From a virus (lineage: Duplodnaviria > Caudoviricetes): a stretch of DNA of 48,602 nt. The notes beneath the pieces are model-generated. The model was not told the origin of the DNA, did not search any database, and worked only from the letters and a program-made list of their open reading frames with translations. This document shows positions 9,216 through 18,114 of this stretch, in pieces (the first letter of the stretch is position 1; every line of letters starts with the position of its first letter). Both the position numbers and the translations under genes were made by a program. The DNA lies in the IMG/VR virus record IMGVR_UViG_3300014208_000011, positions 1-48,602 of that record; one strand, written 5' to 3'.

Positions 9216-9698
9216 TTATTCTATTGTTTTAGTAATGAGTTCTAGTTTATCGGTAACTTCTACTACGGCAACGTCACTGCAATCTCCGTAATCTTTAGCA
9301 AGCCATAAAGGTGTCTCTCTTGTTATTTCGTTGTACCCGCCTTTATAACCATCAAAATATGCTCCAAGTAGAGATTCTAATACCTCTGCCAGCTTTTTAG
9401 GATTTTCTACAAAATCAATATCTATCCTATTTTCTTTTCCCCATTTATCCCAATTTGTGGGAGAGTCATAATCTAATGATGTTTTCCACGCCGGACTTCC
9501 GTCTTCAGTACATAAAGCGATGTCGGAATAATAACCACGATATGCCCCTATGCCGACTATTTTAGGAGTAATTCTTGCTGTTTCATCAGCCGTCTTTAAC
9601 TTGTCTATAAAATCTCCAAAAGTAGCGTGGTATTTACTTCTTTCTGTTTTTCCTACTTCACTCATTGTATCAAATAATTTTTGCATATTCATACTCAT
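9216..9698 (-). CDS. Hypothetical phage protein
   Basis: 160 aa with YRGYYSDIAL and FDGYKGG motifs. Confidence 0.65.
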   Translation of the reverse strand: MSMNMQKLFDTMSEVGKTERSKYHATFGDFIDKLKTADETARITPKIVGIGAYRGYYSDIALCTEDGSPAWKTSLDYDSPTNWDKWGKENRIDIDFVENPKKLAEVLESLLGAYFDGYKGGYNEITRETPLWLAKDYGDCSDVAVVEVTDKLELITKTIE

Positions 9699-9713
9699 TT
9701 GTATTTATATTAG

Positions 9714-10241
9714 TTAAAATTTAATACTGTTTAACTCTTCTGAAATTCGTTTGTCGTTTTCATCCAGTGGCACAAAAGGAGTCTTTTGATACCCTGTACC
9801 GCTACCTGATTGTGCTTTGGTTGGCTCTATATGCGTATTATCCATTGTGTCTGCATCTTTGGTATCATCTATCAAGAACATTCCATTAAGGGCGTATTTT
9901 CGAGCGTATGAGCTTGCCATTCCAGTAATCTGACTTTCATCCATTCCTTTTTTTAGTTGAGGTTCTCGGGCGTAAGCAGATACAAATGAAAGTAACTGAT
10001 CGTTGTCAAAAAGTGTTGCGGTAGCTTTGACATAATATCTATCCCCTACTAAAACAATTTCGTCATTGATTGTGAGGGTGCATTCTAGCAATAGAGGCTT
10101 TACCGCTTCCAAAATATCTTCACAACTTCGATACTTATATCCTCCAAAACTATTCATCTGTCCTTTCGGCACTTTCAAAGCCTGTTGTATTCGATTGAGT
10201 TGTGAGACTACGCCCATTTCTTCTTCCATATTATTGTTCAA
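9714..10241 (-). CDS. erf: ERF-family ssDNA-annealing recombinase
   Basis: LKVPKGQMNSFGGYKYRSCEDILEAVKP and QITGMASSYARKYAL...DDTKDAD are ERF signatures. Confidence 0.9.
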   Translation of the reverse strand: MNNNMEEEMGVVSQLNRIQQALKVPKGQMNSFGGYKYRSCEDILEAVKPLLLECTLTINDEIVLVGDRYYVKATATLFDNDQLLSFVSAYAREPQLKKGMDESQITGMASSYARKYALNGMFLIDDTKDADTMDNTHIEPTKAQSGSGTGYQKTPFVPLDENDKRISEELNSIKF

Positions 10242-10458
10242 TCAAATTATTACAAGAACCTCCCGACCACGATTGATTGTCTCCTTGAAAATGACTCATT
10301 TCGTTTTCTTCATTCATCCGTTCCACGTTTTCGATAGTTACCCATTGTCGACCTAACTTGGTCATATTCTCTATCGCATCTGTCAAAGCGTCTCCGCTGT
10401 TTCCGTGATGCATCAGATTTGCACTAAAGAGAAAGTCTAGGTTAATTTTGTTTGTCAT
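10231..10458 (-). CDS. Hypothetical protein
   Basis: 75 aa ORF overlapping the start of erf. Confidence 0.5.
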   Translation of the reverse strand: MTNKINLDFLFSANLMHHGNSGDALTDAIENMTKLGRQWVTIENVERMNEENEMSHFQGDNQSWSGGSCNNLIEQ

Positions 10459-10561
10459 AATTGTTCGTTTTAGTGGTTAATTATTCCGTTTATACCGACA
10501 TATAAGATACCAATCCATAAGGATATTCCCACAGAGATTATAAAGATTGATTGAATTATTT

Positions 10562-10744
10562 TCATAGAGATATTTTTACTTCGCTAACTGTCCATTCTCT
10601 GCCTAACTCTTCAACTAGAGCAATGGCAGATTCTTTATCTGAATGGATTTGCAGCACATTTTCAAATTTTCCAACTACTGAAAAGTCGGGAATAAAAAAC
10701 TCATGTTTCATCGTAATTGCCCACGCTGTTATTGTCTTTTTCAT
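10562..10744 (-). CDS. Hypothetical protein (60 aa, MKKTITAWAI...)
   Basis: Start moved to the ATG 4 nt after the transglycosylase stop. Confidence 0.5.
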   Translation of the reverse strand: MKKTITAWAITMKHEFFIPDFSVVGKFENVLQIHSDKESAIALVEELGREWTVSEVKISL

Positions 10745-10748
10745 AGGG

Positions 10749-11408
10749 TTAAAGATATTTAAGATAGCTACCGTTCCAGTGAGAAACCCAAGGACTCCAA
10801 CCTCGCGAGTCATACATCTGCTTAGCGATGGCAAGGTTGTGTTCAGGATTGAAGAGTTCGACGGGACAAGTTTTACCCAGTACGTTGATTTGCGCGATTC
10901 CACAATCAACACTCCACGCCTGCGCTTCATCTCCCTTATGGCACGACTGACTTTTTCCAAAGTATCTGCAATTCCAGTTCATTGATTGCGGGTTATGGTG
11001 GCTCTCCGCATAGAATACGGCTTGAGCCACCTTCGCCTCGTCTCCAAAAGCAGTATTGATAAGAGCCAAAATACGGTCTGTATCCTTGTCTTTGTCGGTC
11101 AATGCCGGCTTATCTTCAGGTACTCCGCCAGTATCTTCGCCCATACACTGCACTTCCTTCAATCCACACGGGTCGTAACTCGCTTCCGCTTCATTGACGA
11201 CATTGTGAATAGTTATAGTGTGTGATTTTGTCAGTATCGAATACGTTGGAAACCATACACAGAAATTGATGAGCGTAAGAATGACTGCTTTTTCAAAGGT
11301 GCTTCTTGGTTTCTTAGCGATTCGACGCCACTTCAATGCTTCATCTTCTGCTTTTCGAGCTTTTTGGCTCATAAGTTTGTAATAAAACTTATTACGTGCG
11401 TTTTTCAT
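10749..11408 (-). CDS. Membrane-anchored lytic transglycosylase (SLT/lysozyme-like)
   Basis: TM segment followed by AES (catalytic Glu), DCGIAQIN, NPEHNLAIA and GWSPW. Confidence 0.8.
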   Translation of the reverse strand: MKNARNKFYYKLMSQKARKAEDEALKWRRIAKKPRSTFEKAVILTLINFCVWFPTYSILTKSHTITIHNVVNEAEASYDPCGLKEVQCMGEDTGGVPEDKPALTDKDKDTDRILALINTAFGDEAKVAQAVFYAESHHNPQSMNWNCRYFGKSQSCHKGDEAQAWSVDCGIAQINVLGKTCPVELFNPEHNLAIAKQMYDSRGWSPWVSHWNGSYLKYL

Positions 11409-11606
11409 ATTATTGAGATAAGCGGGAAATGTGTCCCGTTCACTCACCCGATTTGCCACTAAACTTCGATTGTAAGAGGTTTTCAGTGACTCTTGGCACT
11501 CTTACCTATAGATACCGATATATCGTGTCCTACAGGCGTTGTTTTTGTCAGGAGAAGAGGAGTGGACTCAAGTTTATATTTGTTCCCTCTTCATTCACCT
11601 TTTTTA

Positions 11607-11657
11607 AGTATACTCTATCTTTACTAGGTTGTCAAGGTTTACTAGATTAACTAGGTT
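11607..11657 (-). promoter_or_regulatory. Near-consensus sigma70 promoter with operator-like repeats
   Basis: TTGACA-17 nt-TATACT (11635-11607); ACTAG(G/A)TT occurs three times around the -35 box. Confidence 0.8.
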
Positions 11658-11767
11658 GTTACTCCATTGAGTCGAGTATTTTGTGGCATTCTCCGAGGAG
11701 ATTGAGCGCATAATCAAGGTCTTCAATGGTTGCTGTTATCTCCGGGTCTGTTTCTTCGTTCATAATT

Positions 11768-12010
11768 TTATTTTATAAGGTCAAGCTTATCCTCCCATTT
11801 TTTTAAAGTTTCCCACGGCTTGTTTGTTCCTTGATAGAACACTTTATGATGATGATCGTCCAGCAAAGGATTCTCCTCTGTGCTGTTTATGTATCGATGC
11901 AAACCTGTAATCATAGCCTCCAGTTGTTCCTTACGTGTTATAGGGGTAAAGAGAGTGTTCTTGTAGGTTTGGTAGCGTTCGATTGGTTCTTGTTTTGTAT
12001 TGAAGCTCAT
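11768..12010 (-). CDS. Hypothetical protein
   Basis: 80 aa ORF starting 4 nt downstream of rtcB. Confidence 0.55.
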   Translation of the reverse strand: MSFNTKQEPIERYQTYKNTLFTPITRKEQLEAMITGLHRYINSTEENPLLDDHHHKVFYQGTNKPWETLKKWEDKLDLIK

Positions 12011-12014
12011 ATTA

Positions 12015-13172
12015 TTAGTCTCCTTTACAGTTTATTATTTGTTTTAGAGTATGTTCAACTTTTACTAAGTCTTTTGCCCATTCTATGGTTTTTTCAACAT
12101 CTTTGTATGCTCCTGGTATTTCGTCAATGAGAACACTCGATTCTCGGTATTCAATCCCTTCCATTGATTTCTTGAGGTCTTCCAAATTGAAAGTTTTTGA
12201 TGCTTTTTTTCGACTCATTTTTCGACCTGCGCCGTGCGGTGCAGAACAGAATGATTCTTCATTCCCAAGCCCTGAAACGATATAACTATTCGTTCCCATA
12301 GAACCAGGTATCATCGATTTCTTACCGATACTCGCTTCAATCGCTCCTTTTCTAGTTATCCAAGCATTACCTCCTAGGTGGTTTTCAATCTGTGTGAAGT
12401 TATGATGACAATTTATTCTTTCAACCTCAAACTCTGATTGATGTCCATTTTCTCCATAAACCGCGAAGCTAATATCTTTCAAAACCCTGTCCATCATCTC
12501 ATCTCGGTTTAACAGTGCGAAGTGCTGTGACCAGTGCAAGTCAGTGAGGTAATCATCAAACATTTTACTCCCGATCGGAAAATACGCTAAGTCTTTATCG
12601 GGTAAAGTTACGAACATATTTTCACATAAATCTTGTGCCTTTTTGATATAAGCGTTACCAACTTTATTTCCAACACCACGACTTCCGCTGTGAAGCGTAA
12701 CCCAAATAGTCTCTGTTTCGTCTACACATATTTCTATAAAGTGGTTTCCGCCACCAAGAGTTCCTAATTGTTCTTGCCAATTTCCTTTTACTTCTCCCGT
12801 GTGCGGTAAGGCTTCCAGTTCATCAATTCTTTTTTGAGCTGTTTCGGTTATTTTCTTATTGAACCTTCCCATACTCATAGGGACACTTTTTTCTATGCTT
12901 TCACGCAACTTTGCAAGGTCTCCAAGTTGTTCCTTTTTAAGATTCGTTTTCACAGCTATCATTCCGCATCCTATATCAACCCCGACCGCTGCAGGAATAA
13001 TTGCCCCCTGAGTAGCAAGAACGGTACCTACAGTAGAACCTTTCCCGTAGTGTACATCAGGCATAACCGCAATGTGCCGGAAGATGAAAGGCATTGAAGC
13101 TGTATTTTTAATCTGATTCTGCGCCTCAACTTCTATTTCTTCCCAAGGAATAAATGTTTTAATCTTCTCCAT
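12015..13172 (-). CDS. rtcB: RtcB family RNA ligase
   Basis: MPDVHYG, VGVDIGCG, GTLGGGNHFIE, LHSGSRG, CHHN, RKGA, IPGSMG, SAPHGAGR, DEIPGAYK and terminal KG motifs are all present. Confidence 0.96.
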   Translation of the reverse strand: MEKIKTFIPWEEIEVEAQNQIKNTASMPFIFRHIAVMPDVHYGKGSTVGTVLATQGAIIPAAVGVDIGCGMIAVKTNLKKEQLGDLAKLRESIEKSVPMSMGRFNKKITETAQKRIDELEALPHTGEVKGNWQEQLGTLGGGNHFIEICVDETETIWVTLHSGSRGVGNKVGNAYIKKAQDLCENMFVTLPDKDLAYFPIGSKMFDDYLTDLHWSQHFALLNRDEMMDRVLKDISFAVYGENGHQSEFEVERINCHHNFTQIENHLGGNAWITRKGAIEASIGKKSMIPGSMGTNSYIVSGLGNEESFCSAPHGAGRKMSRKKASKTFNLEDLKKSMEGIEYRESSVLIDEIPGAYKDVEKTIEWAKDLVKVEHTLKQIINCKGD

Positions 13173-13241
13173 ATTTTTAATCTTACTTATTTAATTTCAA
13201 TAAAAGTGTACTCATTCCGGGGTTGTAACTACACCCGTTTG

Positions 13242-13715
13242 CTATGAATAACACTTTTCTCCATTTTCACCGAGATAATACATCATATCTCCATCTTCTT
13301 CTTGTTTTGATGACATTGGGAGAGCCTCTTTGTTCTCAACTTCTCGCACTCTCTCTATTTTTTTAACCACTCCTCCCCATTCACTTTTTGACTCTTCAAG
13401 CATTTGTTTTGCCTCGATAAGCTTCATAGCCTCTCTTTTCGCGGATTGCAAGCAAGCTATTCTGTACTCCGCTTCTTTGAGTTCTGTTTGTTCTTGCGGG
13501 GAAAGAAGCATATAGTTTTCAGTTCTTGCTACCCGTAACATCTCAGCCGAACCTGTATGAAACCCTATGCGCGAGATTGATTTTCGGTTTATTCTCTGAA
13601 CGCCCAGTGTAAATTCTTCTGCCCCTTTATCCCATAAGGCGAGGAAATTGGCGTATTGTCCCGGAGTGAGAAGTATCGTATCCCCATTGAAGAGGTGTAT
13701 TGCGTATGGTGTCAT
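13242..13715 (-). CDS. Hypothetical protein downstream of the initiator (helicase-loader position)
   Basis: 157 aa with an ATGA overlap to the initiator gene. Confidence 0.6.
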   Translation of the reverse strand: MTPYAIHLFNGDTILLTPGQYANFLALWDKGAEEFTLGVQRINRKSISRIGFHTGSAEMLRVARTENYMLLSPQEQTELKEAEYRIACLQSAKREAMKLIEAKQMLEESKSEWGGVVKKIERVREVENKEALPMSSKQEEDGDMMYYLGENGEKCYS

Positions 13716-14503
13716 AAACTCATATCGATTACGGCAACCTTTCTTTGATTGCCAGCGGATAAAATCTTACCTACATTCTTGTAAACCCACTGCATAGAGG
13801 ATGAATTACCGCGGATATACTTGTCAGGACTATCTTTTGCCATCCTAAAAAGTGCTTGTACCCCTGTAACACATTCCTGCGCTGTTGGTTCTCTGTCGTG
13901 TTTCTTCTTGTAAATTTCAGGCATCTTGCTATCAAGGAAGAGCTTAGCCCACTGGCGACGCTTCCCCACGGGTTCATCGATTATGGGTATAACTGCTTCG
14001 ATTGCCTTGATGACAATGGTGATATCTTTTCTGGGAAGTTTTTTAGGTTTGACGGTTTCCGTCTTCTCCGTAGGAGAATCAAATCTTATTATATCTTTCT
14101 TATTTAATAACTCTTTCTTCTTCTGTGCACCTGTGGGTGACACGTAGGTGTCATTGGTGGGTGACACCGTGTCATCTGTGAGTGACACCCTATCACCTGT
14201 GGGTGACACCTTCGCGAATATTACCAGTGGTATGATTTCTTTTCGTATTCTCCGACCATTATCTGAAAAAATCCTTTGTATATAGCCTTTTTCTTCTAAT
14301 CTTGTAAGTGAGTTTCTAACTGTTCCAGAAGTTGTCTTTGCTAAAATTGCCAGTGTAGTGTTTGAAGTCGTACACCTCTGCATTTTTAGCTTCGAAAACC
14401 AGTAAATTATTCCATATAATCTCTCGTCAACAAGTCCAATATCCTTATCATCAAGCAAAATATATGGTATAATAAGGAAGTCAGGGAGTATTATTTGAGC
14501 CAT
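13712..14503 (-). CDS. Phage replication initiator, N-terminal HTH
   Basis: LYGII...SNTTLA...TVRNSLTRLEEKGYI HTH followed by a repetitive VSPT linker encoded by iterons, as in lambda O. Confidence 0.8.
   Translation of the reverse strand: MAQIILPDFLIIPYILLDDKDIGLVDERLYGIIYWFSKLKMQRCTTSNTTLAILAKTTSGTVRNSLTRLEEKGYIQRIFSDNGRRIRKEIIPLVIFAKVSPTGDRVSLTDDTVSPTNDTYVSPTGAQKKKELLNKKDIIRFDSPTEKTETVKPKKLPRKDITIVIKAIEAVIPIIDEPVGKRRQWAKLFLDSKMPEIYKKKHDREPTAQECVTGVQALFRMAKDSPDKYIRGNSSSMQWVYKNVGKILSAGNQRKVAVIDMSL
14133..14209. repeat. Iterons / probable replication origin
   Basis: GTG(G/A)GTGACAC at 14133, 14157, 14178 and 14199 (spacing 24, 21, 21), next to an AT-rich tract at about 14085-14125. Confidence 0.8.
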
Positions 14504-14663
14504 ATCATTTCTGTGTTTCTTTGCGGATTATTTTTAAAATGAGCAGTTTTAAAGCATCATTTGTTCCGTATACCTCTGCCTCCATAATGTTTTTGACTTC
14601 CTCATCCACTGCTTCTTCCCACCAAAACTTTTCTATTTCGTCCATATTTGTTATATTTACCAA

Positions 14664-14760
14664 TTAAAAAAACCCTTGAGCACCAACCCAGCTTTTACAC
14701 TGGGGCGGTATTCAAGAGTTTCGTATACATTAAATTCCGCTCTTGATGCTCCTAACTTTA
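14664..14760 (-). promoter_or_regulatory. Structured leader with a terminator-like hairpin upstream of the early operon
   Basis: AACTCTTGAATACC...GGTGCTCAAGGGTT followed by a U tract; upstream TCAAGAG can pair alternatively with CTCTTGA. Confidence 0.55.
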
Positions 14761-14784
14761 AAAGCTGTTAGCGCTTATGTTCCC

Positions 14785-14847
14785 AGTATAGCACACTGCT
14801 CTACGCCTTGTCAAGCATTTGCAAAGAAGAGGGGAATATGCTATACT
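14785..14847. promoter_or_regulatory. Back-to-back divergent sigma70-type promoters
   Basis: Minus: TTGACA-18 nt-TATACT (14814-14785). Plus: TTGCAA-17 nt-TATACT (14819-14847). Both carry the TG extension. Confidence 0.8.
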
Positions 14848-14859
14848 GTAAGAGTAATA

Positions 14860-14914
14860 ACTTGACACTGAAGATGAGTCCATTCTGTCAAGTGTGGGCT
14901 CTTTTTTGGGAAAA
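14860..14914 (+). promoter_or_regulatory. Pseudoknot-like leader motif of an HNH gene, copy 1
   Basis: ACTTGACA/TGTCAAGT interleaved with GAGTCCAT/GTGGGCTC, then a T tract and GGGAAAA; covaries with the copy at 27696. Confidence 0.65.
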
Positions 14915-14917
14915 TAT

Positions 14918-15367
14918 ATGAAAGAGATACCTTTAACAAAAGGAAAAGTAGCCTTAGTGGATGATGATGATTTTGACGAATTATCGAAGTTTAAGTGGTT
15001 TTTTAGCAAGGGATATGCTCTAAAATCAGAAGATAGGTATAGCACAGAAATAATTATGCATAGGCGTATTATGAATGCACCCGATGGAATGGATACAGAC
15101 CATATCAACCATAACGGACTGGATAATCGAAGAGAAAATTTGAGAGTTTGTACTCGTTCTGAAAATTTGATGAACAGAGGAAAACTAAAGAATAATACAT
15201 CAGGATATAAGGGTGTTAGTTGGAATAAAAATAGTAAAAAATGGCAGACTCATATAAGGGTTAATGGAAAAAAAATTTATCTAGGTAATTTTAAAGACAA
15301 AGAAGAAGCATATAAAGCTTATTGCGATGCAAGTATAAAATATCACGGAGACTTTTCAAAGGTATGA
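14918..15367 (+). CDS. HNH homing endonuclease with C-terminal AP2 domain
   Basis: MHRRIM, TDHINHNGLDNRRENLR, SGYKGVSW and YLGNF..EEAYKAY motifs. Confidence 0.92.
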   Translation: MKEIPLTKGKVALVDDDDFDELSKFKWFFSKGYALKSEDRYSTEIIMHRRIMNAPDGMDTDHINHNGLDNRRENLRVCTRSENLMNRGKLKNNTSGYKGVSWNKNSKKWQTHIRVNGKKIYLGNFKDKEEAYKAYCDASIKYHGDFSKV

Positions 15368-15777
15368 GAAAGAAACACATTTTTATTCAAGACACCGGTA
15401 TTTTTGTGGATGAATTTGTTGTTGCTGTCGGATGTACTGAAAAAGATATACGACAATTCGCCAAAAAAGAGAAGTTGAAAAAGGAGTTGTTTTTAGATGT
15501 AGTGTTTGAGGATGATTTTAAAGAAATAGTATCGTCTGACTCTGCTTATACCATTTACAATAAAGAGTTTAATAATGTCGTACTTGTAAATCTATCTAAA
15601 AATGATGACTCTTGGGACTTTCTCACATCTCTTTTGCATGAAGTTGTCCACGTTGTCCAAAGAATCGAGATAAGAAAAGGACTCCAAAAGGAAGATGAAG
15701 CAAGAGCATATCTTACCGAATATCTCTTCACAAATATCAGACGTAAAATTTACGCAGGTAAACATTCAATAAAATAA
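15364..15777 (+). CDS. Small HEXXH metallopeptidase-like protein
   Basis: LLHEVVHVV and DEARAY motifs. Confidence 0.6.
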   Translation: MRKKHIFIQDTGIFVDEFVVAVGCTEKDIRQFAKKEKLKKELFLDVVFEDDFKEIVSSDSAYTIYNKEFNNVVLVNLSKNDDSWDFLTSLLHEVVHVVQRIEIRKGLQKEDEARAYLTEYLFTNIRRKIYAGKHSIK

Positions 15778-15802
15778 CACAAGGTACTTATAAGCAAAAA
15801 AT

Positions 15803-16081
15803 ATGAAATATAGAAAGAAGCCAGTGGTGATTGATGCTATCCAATGGACGGGGAAAAACTTTCAGGAAATAGAAAAACTTTTAGAACTTGGTGATGGTAA
15901 GCGTTCAATAAGTTATGGAAATCAAGTTGACTATCTTGAGATTCACACATTAGAGGGAACTATGAAAGCAAATAAAGGTGATTTTGTCATTAAAGGCGTT
16001 TCTGGTGAACTCTACCCGTGCAAACCTGATATTTTTGAAAAAACTTACGAAAAGTTTTCTCTTGACAATAAGGTAAAATAA
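15803..16081 (+). CDS. Conserved phage protein
   Basis: MKYRKKPVVIDAIQWTG...TLEG...GDFVIKGVSGELYPCKPDIFEKTYE is a widespread phage family. Confidence 0.8.
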   Translation: MKYRKKPVVIDAIQWTGKNFQEIEKLLELGDGKRSISYGNQVDYLEIHTLEGTMKANKGDFVIKGVSGELYPCKPDIFEKTYEKFSLDNKVK

Positions 16082-16090
16082 ATGTAGAGT
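16062..16090 (+). promoter_or_regulatory. Promoter for the packaging genes (short or no leader)
   Basis: TTGACA-17 nt-TAGAGT with TG extension; ATG at 16100. Confidence 0.55.
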
Positions 16091-16099
16091 GTGGATACT

Positions 16100-16399
16100 A
16101 TGAAAGATGAAAATCCCCCTGCTATCAGGGAAAATACAGGAAATAGGAATCCTGATGGAACTTTTCCTAAAGGTGTAAGCGGAAATCCTTCTGGACGCCC
16201 TCGTGGAACTATGAAGGATTATTTGCGTCGGAAATTTATGGAGATGACGGACGAAGCTAAAGAAGAATTTTTGAAAGGTGTTTCTCCTGAAATGCAGATA
16301 AAACTAGCTGAAGGAATGCCAAAACAGGACGTTGAACAGAGTGGAGAAGTTGGATTAGTTATTAAACAAGTGAAGTATGGAGATAACGATACCTTATAA
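16100..16399 (+). CDS. terS: Terminase small subunit-like protein
   Basis: GTFPKGVSGNPSGRP motif, directly upstream of terL. Confidence 0.7.
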   Translation: MKDENPPAIRENTGNRNPDGTFPKGVSGNPSGRPRGTMKDYLRRKFMEMTDEAKEEFLKGVSPEMQIKLAEGMPKQDVEQSGEVGLVIKQVKYGDNDTL

Positions 16400-17681
16400 A
16401 TTTTTTCCACGCCCATACCAGCTTAATCTTCTCAAAGCACTCGATTCAGGAATGAAGCGTGCTGTGTGGTGTGCTCATCGCCGTTCTGGGAAAGATAAAG
16501 TGTGTTGGAATTATCTTATCAAGCGTGCTATCGGTGAAGTCGGTACTTATTTTTATTTCCTCCCGACATTCAGTCAGGCGAAACGTGTTGTTTGGGACAA
16601 TATCGACAATGATGAGTTCCACATGCTCAGTCATATCCCACCTGAAATCACCAAACAAAAGAACAAAAGCGAATTGAGCATAGAGCTTATCAACGGATCG
16701 GTCATCCAGCTCATCGCCGCCGATACATTCGAGAAATCAAACGTCGGAACGAACCCGAAAGGTGTGGTGTTCTCCGAGTATTCCATCTCTAATCCGAACG
16801 TATGGAACTTTGTGAGACCAATTCTTTTGGTGAACGGAGGGTGGGCGATATTCAATTTCACTCCCCGAGGAATGAACCACGCTTTTAAACTGCTACAAAT
16901 AGCCAAAGAGAATCCGAAAGAGTGGTTTTATGAAGTGCTGACAATCGAGGATACCGGAGTGATAACCAAAGAAGAATACGAAGGAGAGATACGACAAGGA
17001 ATGCCTCAGGATTTGGCGGAACAGGAATTCTATTGCAAATTCATCGAAGGAGCTTCAAGTGTTTTCAGAAAAGTTGATGAGGCTGTAAGGGCGAGTGAGT
17101 CGGACATCGGACTGAAACCGTTTCGAAGGTATCAACTCGGAATCGATCTCGCCAAGCATCAGGATTATACGGTCATTACCGTCACTGATCTGCATACGTT
17201 CGATATCGTCAAACAGATATCTTTCAACAAAATCGACTGGAACGAGCAAAAAGAAATCATCGTTAAAGAGGTGAAGTATTGGAATAAAGGCAAAACGTGG
17301 ATGGACTCGACCGGTATCGGTGACCCGATTATTGATGACCTCAAACGCCAAGGACTGATCATAGAACCGTTTCATTTCACCGAGACGAGTCGAGAACAAC
17401 TGCTGAATAACTTGAAGATTTTACTGGAACAGAATAGAATAAAGATACCAAACGATCAAGAGCTTATCGATCAGCTCAAATCAATGCAGTATGAACTGAA
17501 CGGACAGAAAGTCAAGATGAAGGTACCGGAAGGACTGCACGATGATAGAATCATGTCGTTGGCATTGTCAGTGTGGGGATTATATGAGAAACTACCGATA
17601 AGAGATGTCCGAGAGCTTGACAGACAACGAAGAAAAAATCCTCAAACAACGGGCATAAAATTAAGAATGACTTCATATTGA
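16377..17681 (+). CDS. terL: Terminase large subunit
   Basis: HRRSGKD Walker A, VVFSE Walker B variant, FTPRG, QEFYC, GIDLA, DST and HDD nuclease motifs. Confidence 0.95.
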   Translation: MEITIPYKFFPRPYQLNLLKALDSGMKRAVWCAHRRSGKDKVCWNYLIKRAIGEVGTYFYFLPTFSQAKRVVWDNIDNDEFHMLSHIPPEITKQKNKSELSIELINGSVIQLIAADTFEKSNVGTNPKGVVFSEYSISNPNVWNFVRPILLVNGGWAIFNFTPRGMNHAFKLLQIAKENPKEWFYEVLTIEDTGVITKEEYEGEIRQGMPQDLAEQEFYCKFIEGASSVFRKVDEAVRASESDIGLKPFRRYQLGIDLAKHQDYTVITVTDLHTFDIVKQISFNKIDWNEQKEIIVKEVKYWNKGKTWMDSTGIGDPIIDDLKRQGLIIEPFHFTETSREQLLNNLKILLEQNRIKIPNDQELIDQLKSMQYELNGQKVKMKVPEGLHDDRIMSLALSVWGLYEKLPIRDVRELDRQRRKNPQTTGIKLRMTSY

Positions 17682-17682
17682 T

Positions 17683-18111
17683 ATGCGAAGTAAGACAAAA
17701 ACAATAGATGCGTGGACAATCTATCTGTGGCGTAATAACGACGTCGCCGAAGGATGTGCCGCAGTCGTAACCAAAGATGGCATCAAGGAAATGTACCAAA
17801 ACGGATGGGTTATTGAACCGACTCCTGAAATGAAAAACAATGAAGAGCGACACATGGTATGGCGTGCCAAAGTGAAAGTCAAAAACCTTCTCAATAACAC
17901 GCTGAACGTGCTAAACTGGTACGGTAAGAAAGTTCTGAACGCCAATGGAGAAATAGATACCGAAAAATTGAGGAACATTGAAGCTCAAACAGCTCTTCAG
18001 GCCGCTAAGAATAATGTCGGTATGGAAGATTTATATGCTATTAGAAAGTTTCCAAAAAAAGAAATAAGCATTGAGGAAGCCGTTGAATACGGACTAACTA
18101 AAAGAAGATAA
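17683..18111 (+). CDS. Hypothetical protein between terL and portal
   Basis: 142 aa, tightly packed. Confidence 0.7.
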   Translation: MRSKTKTIDAWTIYLWRNNDVAEGCAAVVTKDGIKEMYQNGWVIEPTPEMKNNEERHMVWRAKVKVKNLLNNTLNVLNWYGKKVLNANGEIDTEKLRNIEAQTALQAAKNNVGMEDLYAIRKFPKKEISIEEAVEYGLTKRR

Positions 18112-18114
18112 TGT

